Shown: positions 30,433-35,865 of the stretch, in pieces
Position numbering within the stretch: position 1 is the first letter of the stretch
Layout of the letters: each line of letters starts with the position of its first letter
Assembly: GCA_037442865.1 (NCBI GenBank)
Contig: JBBIPM010000002.1
Span: 1-35,865, forward strand
Reading direction: 5' to 3'
Source of the DNA: Candidatus Woesearchaeota archaeon
Lineage (GTDB): Archaea; Nanobdellota; Nanobdellia; Woesearchaeales; UBA525
Length of the DNA stretch: 35,865 nucleotides
The notes under the pieces: model-generated
Database searches by the model: none
Seen by the model: only the letters and a program-made list of their open reading frames with translations
Told to the model about the DNA's origin: nothing
Program-made: the position numbers and the translations under genes

Positions 30433-31572
30433 ATGGGAGATAGATTGTCCATCACGCTCGTCGCGCTCGTCGCGTCCTTGCTCATCGCACTGCCCGCCGC
30501 GCTTGCGGACCAGGTCCAGAACGGCTTCCCAATCGACGGATGCGCCCTCGAGACGCCCCACGGCCTCGTCAACGACCGGGACTGCGACGGCGTCGACGAC
30601 TTCCGCGACAACTGCAAATACAGGCCGAACAGCGACCAGCGCGACGCCAACCGGAACGGGATCGGCGACGCTTGCGACCTGCTCGTCACCCAGATACTCC
30701 TCCAGCCCGGGACCGAGGTGCAGCAAGGAGCGTTCTTCACCGTCAGGGTCCAGCTGATCAACAACAAGGCCTACGAGATCACCGACCTCCAGGCACGCAT
30801 CAGGAACAACGCGCTCGACATCGACGTCAGCACCTTCGTCGAGCGGATGAAGCCAGGCGAGCAGCGGACGATCGACTTCATCGCGAAAGCCCCGGGCTGC
30901 GCCCCGCCGCGGAACTACGAGCTGGCGTTCACCACTGACCACAAGGAAGGAGGAAAGGCCTACACCCAGACGCGCTACCAGCAGATCACGCTCCTCAAGA
31001 AGGACGGGGCCTGCACCCCGGTCGCCGGGACGCTGCAGAACACCCTCGTCGACACCTTCACCGGCCAAGAGGTCGAGCCGGGCGGCACCGTCATCTACCC
31101 GATCACGATCACCAACCTGAACAGCCAGGCGAAGACCTACACGGTCAGTGTCGAGCCGATCAACCATCTCGGCACCTACCGGCTCGATCCGGAGAGCACC
31201 GTGACGGTCGACGCAGGCAGGAGCGCCACACTCTTCCTCTTCCTCCAGACGGAGCGGTTCGCCCCGCCCGGACGGAACCAGATCCAGCTCGTCATCGAGA
31301 CCGGGAACGAGCGCGAGACGACGACGCTCAACCTCCGCGTGGTCAACGGGAGGGGGGTCCCGCTCGCCAGGATACTCTTCACCGCGCTCCAGGTGGCGCT
31401 CATACTCCTCGTGCTGGCGCTTATTATCGGCGCCGGCATCGTCGCGTACAGGAAACTGAACGCGGAATACGAGGGGGCGACAGGCGAGAAGCCGCGACGC
31501 TCACGTGGCGAGAAGCACGGAAAGCCGGCCGTCGAGGATGTCGCTGATGATGAGTTCCAGAGCTACTACTGA
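30433..31572 (+). CDS. Paralogous membrane-anchored surface protein: TSP3-like repeat plus CARDB-like domains and an acidic cytoplasmic tail
   Basis: The signal peptide is LVALVASLLIALPAALA. The TSP3 signature NDRDCDGVDDFRDNCKYRPNSDQRDANRNGIGDACD lies at 30571-30678. Beta-sandwich-like segments follow, then a TM helix (ILFTALQVALILLVLALIIGAGIVA) and a ~50-aa charged tail. Confidence 0.85.
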   Translation: MGDRLSITLVALVASLLIALPAALADQVQNGFPIDGCALETPHGLVNDRDCDGVDDFRDNCKYRPNSDQRDANRNGIGDACDLLVTQILLQPGTEVQQGAFFTVRVQLINNKAYEITDLQARIRNNALDIDVSTFVERMKPGEQRTIDFIAKAPGCAPPRNYELAFTTDHKEGGKAYTQTRYQQITLLKKDGACTPVAGTLQNTLVDTFTGQEVEPGGTVIYPITITNLNSQAKTYTVSVEPINHLGTYRLDPESTVTVDAGRSATLFLFLQTERFAPPGRNQIQLVIETGNERETTTLNLRVVNGRGVPLARILFTALQVALILLVLALIIGAGIVAYRKLNAEYEGATGEKPRRSRGEKHGKPAVEDVADDEFQSYY

Positions 31573-31582
31573 GGTGGACCTG

Positions 31583-34500
31583 ATGAAGCAGCCACGCGCA
31601 TCCCTGACCTACCCGCTCCTCCTGTTCGCGCTCCTGTTGACGATCCTCGTCATGCCGGCGCAGGCCGCGATGATCGTGAACACCTACACGAACGACTTCT
31701 CCGTGGAGAGCCCCTACGCCTCCGAGCCGAAGGCGTGCGCCTGCGAGAGCCGCGCCGACCGGGTGACAGTGACCAACACCGGCGCTTTCCTCTCCTCCTA
31801 CACAGTCAGCGTCCACTCAGAGCAGCCCTGGTACCAGCTCCAAGGAGGTGGGTTCACCCTCGCGCCGGGCGAGAGCCGCGACGTCCTCGTCTACGCAGAG
31901 CCGCCTTGCGACGCCACCGGCACATCGCGCTACAGCATCAGGGTCGCGTCGAGCTACGGCCGCGAACGGGTCCTGAGCAGGACCCTCGATGTGAAGAAGT
32001 GCCAGAACGCGTTCCTCACCGTCCAGGGCGGCGTCGAGGAGTCGAACCTCTGCCAGCCCCTCGAGTACATGGTGACGGTCCGGAACGTCGCGGAGTTCGC
32101 CGATACCTTCACCCTCGACTTCGGCGCATTCAACGCGTACGCTGACCTCAAAGAGCGGAGCTTCTCCCTCGTCCCGGACGAGCAGCGGAAACTCCTCGTC
32201 ACGATCACGCCGCCCTGCAGCCTCTACGGCGAGATTAGCATCCCGTTCATCGTCACTAGCGAGAAGAACAAGGTGACTGAGCAGAAGGAGATGCGCCTCG
32301 TCATCGAGAACCAGTTTGACCACGACATATCGATCGCGACCCAGACGGAGATCTGCAGCCGGATCGCGTCCCGATACACGTTCAACATCACCAACCTCAT
32401 CGACGTGCCGAATACGTATGATGTGATCGTCACCGGCCCGGGCTTCCTCGACTACGACCCGAAGCAGCTCGAGCTGAAGGGCCACGAATCGAAGCAGGTC
32501 ACCCTGACGCTGAACCCGAAGAAGGGGCAGGAAGGGACGCACGAGGTGAAGGTGAAGGTCCGGAGCAGGCTCGGCGAGATCACCAAGACGCGCGTCCTCG
32601 ACGTGGACGTCTTCGACTGCTTCGCCTACGAATTCGGCTTCGTCGAGCAGGCACGCGACAAGGACGGGTCGTACGCCGAGGTGGCCTGCTGCGGCGAGAC
32701 GAGCTACACCCTTAACCTCCGGAACGCGGGGCAGACGGAAGAGACCTACAACCTCCTCGTCGACGGCCCGAGCTGGTTCCAGCCCGAGGAACGGACGATC
32801 AGGCTGAAGCCGAGCGAGAACCGGAACGTCCGGTTCGCGGCGCGCCTCCCCTGCACCGACGAGCGGTACGAGCTGCCCGTCACCGTCGTCCTCACCAACC
32901 ACCCGGAGATCGCGGACACCATCATCTTCCGGGTCGAGAGCCAGACGCTCCAGACGTGCCATGCCGTCGAGGCGAGCGTGACGAGCGTCACCATCGCCGA
33001 GGACGACGCCATCGTCCCCTTCCTCGTCAAGAGCACCGGCATCCAGGGCGGGACGTACCGCGTCGCGGTAGACGGAGAGCTCTACGCCGCGGTCTCCGAG
33101 GAGCGGATCACCCTCGCCCCGGGCGAGGAGAAGGCGCTCCACCTCATCACGAAAGGGAACCTGACCGACTACTTCGACGGCAAGTACCTCAGCATGCTCA
33201 CCCTGACGCATGAGCCGCTCGGCCTCGAGTATGCGCAGCCATTCTGGACGCGGTTCGCGCACAACGGGTTGCTCGTCACGGCGTGGCGCGCCCTTGCCGG
33301 CTACGACTACGCGAGCGTCGCGCTCTGCCTCTGGGCGATGCTCCTCCTCGCGCTGCTCGTCATCGCGACGGTCATTATCATCATCCTGACGCTGCTCGGA
33401 GTCCTGCGGCGGCCGAAGATCGACGCGACGCTCCTCTGGGCGCTCCGCGTCGCCCTCCTTGTCGTCGTGGCGCTCCTCATCATCCTCCTCGTCGTCCTCC
33501 CCCTCCCGGCGAAAGACGGGCTCTATGAGGATCGTCTCGAGGACGACGAGTCGGGAATGCTCCTCCAATGGTACGAGAACGAGCGGTTCACCCTGGACCT
33601 GGCGCAGTACTTCGCCGATCCGGACGACGACCGTCTCGAGTTCTTCGCGACGCAGCCGGCGCACGTCCGCGTCGTCATCACCGGAAGCACCGCGACGCTG
33701 ATCCCTGACGCGAACTGGGGGGGCGAGGAGTCCCTCATCTTCACCGCCTCGGACCAGCGCGGCGGCTACACGGACAGCCCGCTCTTCACGCTCAGTGTCC
33801 TCCGCAGGACCGAGTTGACGTTTGGCCAGTGGCTGGCGCGGTACTGCCGCCACCTCAACCTGGCGCTCCTCCTCGTTCTGGCGCTCCTCTGGCTCCTCTG
33901 GCTCTTTCTCGCCAAGCAGGAGGTGAAGCCGCCACGGGAGCAGAAAAAAGGGGGCGTTCACACCGTCGTCGCGAAGGAAGGAGCCGTCCGCAAGCTCGGC
34001 GTCGGCGCTTCTCACCCTCCGTCACCCGTCGATCCGCAGAGCGCGCGGAGCTTGGACCAGGCGTTCGTCGCCTGCGGCCAGGAGCACGAGATGCGCTCCG
34101 TCCTGAAGGCGCACGGGAAGCGCGCCACGAAAGGGAACATCGCCACCGTCCAGGCGGCGTGCCGCGCCTTCAAAGCCGACACGCGATGGACGCCGAACAA
34201 TCGGGAGACGTTCTACCGTTATCTCTCCGCGAACAGGACTCTCGCGAAGCTCGAGAGCAAGGCCGAGAGCAAGGAGAGGCCGCTCGTCGACGAACTGAAC
34301 GCGACCCGTCCGCGTCGTGGACGCCCGCCGCGCCGCGGATCAGCCGCATCAGCCCTGGCGTTCGTCCCTACGCGGAGCGCCCGTCGAGTGGATGAGCGCG
34401 TCGAGGTGCCGCAGCAGTACGTCGAGACGCCGTCCCCGTTCACCCAAGTGAACGTCGCGGTGGGAGCAAATCTCGCCACGGAACGGAAGGAGTTTGTCCT

Positions 34501-34651
34501 GATTGGCGCCAAGAACGGGAACAAGGTCCACGACCCGGAGTGCATGATCGCCCACCGGATCCCGCGGAAGAACCGCGTCACCTTCACGAGCAAGGAGGCA
34601 GCGCAGGCGGGCTACGGCCCGTGCAAGGTCTGCCAAGCGTTCGGTGCGTGA
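31583..34651 (+). CDS. Giant polytopic surface protein: five or more beta-sandwich modules, three TM helices, second ectodomain, and a basic cytoplasmic tail with an AT-hook-like motif and an Ada-type zinc module
   Basis: ATG 31583 is preceded by GAGGTGG (31571-31577), and the track start at 31505 is an over-extension. The signal peptide is LLLFALLLTILVMPAQA. Repeated ~100-aa modules have recurring Cys positions (KACAC...PPCDATG; NLCQP...PPCSLYG; VACCG...LPCTDER). TM helices lie at about 33318-33405, 33427-33510 and 33853-33915. RPRRGRPPRRG lies at 34307-34339. KVHDPECMIAHRIPRKNRVTFTSKEAAQAGYGPCKVCQ lies at 34523-34636. Confidence 0.85.
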   Translation: MKQPRASLTYPLLLFALLLTILVMPAQAAMIVNTYTNDFSVESPYASEPKACACESRADRVTVTNTGAFLSSYTVSVHSEQPWYQLQGGGFTLAPGESRDVLVYAEPPCDATGTSRYSIRVASSYGRERVLSRTLDVKKCQNAFLTVQGGVEESNLCQPLEYMVTVRNVAEFADTFTLDFGAFNAYADLKERSFSLVPDEQRKLLVTITPPCSLYGEISIPFIVTSEKNKVTEQKEMRLVIENQFDHDISIATQTEICSRIASRYTFNITNLIDVPNTYDVIVTGPGFLDYDPKQLELKGHESKQVTLTLNPKKGQEGTHEVKVKVRSRLGEITKTRVLDVDVFDCFAYEFGFVEQARDKDGSYAEVACCGETSYTLNLRNAGQTEETYNLLVDGPSWFQPEERTIRLKPSENRNVRFAARLPCTDERYELPVTVVLTNHPEIADTIIFRVESQTLQTCHAVEASVTSVTIAEDDAIVPFLVKSTGIQGGTYRVAVDGELYAAVSEERITLAPGEEKALHLITKGNLTDYFDGKYLSMLTLTHEPLGLEYAQPFWTRFAHNGLLVTAWRALAGYDYASVALCLWAMLLLALLVIATVIIIILTLLGVLRRPKIDATLLWALRVALLVVVALLIILLVVLPLPAKDGLYEDRLEDDESGMLLQWYENERFTLDLAQYFADPDDDRLEFFATQPAHVRVVITGSTATLIPDANWGGEESLIFTASDQRGGYTDSPLFTLSVLRRTELTFGQWLARYCRHLNLALLLVLALLWLLWLFLAKQEVKPPREQKKGGVHTVVAKEGAVRKLGVGASHPPSPVDPQSARSLDQAFVACGQEHEMRSVLKAHGKRATKGNIATVQAACRAFKADTRWTPNNRETFYRYLSANRTLAKLESKAESKERPLVDELNATRPRRGRPPRRGSAASALAFVPTRSARRVDERVEVPQQYVETPSPFTQVNVAVGANLATERKEFVLIGAKNGNKVHDPECMIAHRIPRKNRVTFTSKEAAQAGYGPCKVCQAFGA

Positions 34652-34655
34652 GCGG

Positions 34656-35177
34656 ATGGGAACTCCTCCGAACCCTCGTGATCTCGAGCTCTTTTTCTCG
34701 TCTCTCGCTCCCTATTCGCCCGTCGCCTCTTTGCTCGCCGAGAAGTGCCGAGAACCCGGTGTCGGCGAGCGGTCGGCCAGCTCCCCTCCCGTCACGGGCT
34801 CCCCGTCCTTCGCGCATCACTCGAACATCTCGTTCGACCCCTTGACCGCTATCGCGAACGGGAACCTTCCGATCGAGTCTTTCCGATCAACCGACCCTTT
34901 CCAACTGCTCGACATCTTCGTCGATCCCGGTACGTATGATCCCTGCTCTCGTCGTTTCCGGCCAGAACCGTTCACCACGGAGAGAGGGGTGAAGGTGCGG
35001 TACGAACCCGACCGAGGCCTCTTCATCCCCACCAATCTCCTCTTTCGCGCCCTTAATCTGCTGGTCGGAGATGCGTATTGCGGAGTCTCTCTCTCGAAGA
35101 ACTTCTTTCTGACCGGGCGCGGCGGGGAGCACCCTTCAGGGAGGCGGATAACCGGCTTTTACGGTTGGTCTCTCTAA
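34656..35177 (+). CDS. Hypothetical protein, possibly translationally coupled to the giant surface-protein gene
   Basis: The ORF overlaps or abuts the upstream stop: GTG 34644 or ATG 34656 against the stop at 34649-34651. Third codon positions are strongly C/G-biased (ctc, ttc, atc, gac, ccc), like confirmed genes. I recognise no domain. Confidence 0.45.
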   Translation: MGTPPNPRDLELFFSSLAPYSPVASLLAEKCREPGVGERSASSPPVTGSPSFAHHSNISFDPLTAIANGNLPIESFRSTDPFQLLDIFVDPGTYDPCSRRFRPEPFTTERGVKVRYEPDRGLFIPTNLLFRALNLLVGDAYCGVSLSKNFFLTGRGGEHPSGRRITGFYGWSL

Positions 35178-35371
35178 TCTCAGTCCCTTCGCCACGGCGA
35201 GAGATTACGCCTTCGTACGACGCGACCGACTCTTCACGCCTTCAGCCCTCCTCTTCGCGTGCCCCGCCAAGCGTGGCGAGTCTCTTCACCACGCCCCGAA
35301 TGCCGGTGAGGAAGGCGGCAAAAGCACCAGTAGATACGAGAAGCCCCATCACTTCTCTGAATCGTGATTCC

Positions 35372-35632
35372 TCACCGGAAGAACTGGATGAAGAGGAGCC
35401 GGAGCAGGTCGTCCTTGCTCTTGCAGAGCTCGATGTTCCGCGCCAGGAACCGATCCTGCATCACCTCTTTGACCCAGGTGGCGAAATCGTTCCGCCCTTG
35501 TCCGGTGTGGTGCTCCCAGACATGGCGTTCCATGGTCTGGAGCTCGGTGAAGAGGTCCTCGAGCGAAGCGAGAGTCCCTCCCTCGTGGAGGTAGAAGTGC
35601 TTCTCGGTGTCGGTCACTGCATACGTCGCCAT
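35372..35632 (-). CDS. Small conserved-looking hypothetical protein (86 aa)
   Basis: It has balanced amino-acid composition and strong C/G third-position bias. The pattern FYLHEGG.L.SLEDL...L..M....W.HH...GRNDFATWV resembles a small archaeal domain I recall as DUF5752-like, but this is unverified. AGGAG lies ~18 nt upstream, and a TATA-like GTTTATAAATC lies at 35680-35690. Confidence 0.6.
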   Translation of the reverse strand: MATYAVTDTEKHFYLHEGGTLASLEDLFTELQTMERHVWEHHTGQGRNDFATWVKEVMQDRFLARNIELCKSKDDLLRLLFIQFFR

Positions 35633-35865
35633 TGTCGTCGATAATCGTCTCCTTTAGACGCCGGAACGGCCAGAATCCGTTTATAAATCTTTCTTTTTGT
35701 CTCTCTGTCGCAATAACGGGTGATGATTCTTAAGTCGAATGCGGGTGATAAGCTGATTTTATTCAAATTTTAGCTCTTTCCGGTTTTGTTGAAAGGTTCG
35801 GAAGGATTATATAGCCACTTATCGTCGACAAAGTGTCAAATCTCAGACGACAACAGAGGTGGCTA

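Noticed and set aside
28861-31167. Minus-strand ORFs 28861..30156 (431 aa) and 30373..31167 (264 aa) antisense to the TSP3 genes
   Set aside because: These are shadow ORFs of high-GC coding DNA. The plus-strand products contain near-canonical TSP3 repeats, signal peptides and TM anchors.
31817-34015. 732-aa minus-strand ORF antisense to the giant surface-protein gene
   Set aside because: The translation is low-complexity (Glu/Asp/Arg/Gly/Val/Leu runs), typical of the mirror frame of a gene with very high third-position G+C. The plus strand carries a signal peptide, TM helices and recognisable motifs, and the minus frame has none.
12-35831. Shared 10-mer TCGTCGACAA near both window ends (12-21 and 35822-35831) as a hint of circularity or terminal repeats
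   Set aside because: A single 10-nt match in ~36 kb is within chance expectation. The flanking sequence does not extend the match, so there is no evidence for a terminal repeat or a circular junction.

Overview
This window is an archaeal-type locus, about 60% G+C in the lines I counted by hand. The archaeal assignment rests on three things: A/T-rich TATA boxes about 24-29 nt upstream of many start codons (leaderless mRNAs), GGAGG-type Shine-Dalgarno (SD) sites inside operons, and an STT3/AglB oligosaccharyltransferase with the WWDFGH motif.

Most of the window (about 1.7-28.7 kb) is a protein-glycosylation island. It holds:
- an FkbM methyltransferase and a Wzx-like flippase;
- a translationally coupled neuB-(unknown domain+methyltransferase)-neuC-neuA nonulosonic-acid block;
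- an orphan GT-B protein and a 5'-truncated carbamoyltransferase remnant;
- two CE4-fold deacetylases and two SDR epimerase/dehydratases;
- a long minus-strand operon (methyltransferase, three GT4, methyltransferase, AsnB-type amidotransferase) and a fourth GT4 gene in its own transcription unit;
- aglB, a DPM1-like GT2 and a SET-domain methyltransferase.

Downstream (28.9-35.2 kb) is a same-strand surface-protein module. It has two paralogous proteins with a thrombospondin-type-3 (TSP3) calcium-binding repeat plus beta-sandwich domains. It also has a ~1020-aa polytopic protein whose predicted cytoplasmic tail carries an AT-hook-like RGRP motif and an Ada-type zinc module. I consider this the best candidate for an undescribed system.

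Other notable structure:
- a ~1.2-kb cassette of ~30% G+C (membrane-anchored wHTH regulator, operator array, small secreted protein) abutting a transposase remnant;
- perfect tandem repeats of 33 bp and 84 bp in the 5' regions of two glycosylation transcription units;
- a compositional break inside aglB;
- a ~100-bp polypyrimidine tract.

I found no rRNA, tRNA or CRISPR array. All functional calls come from motif recognition by eye; no database search was run.
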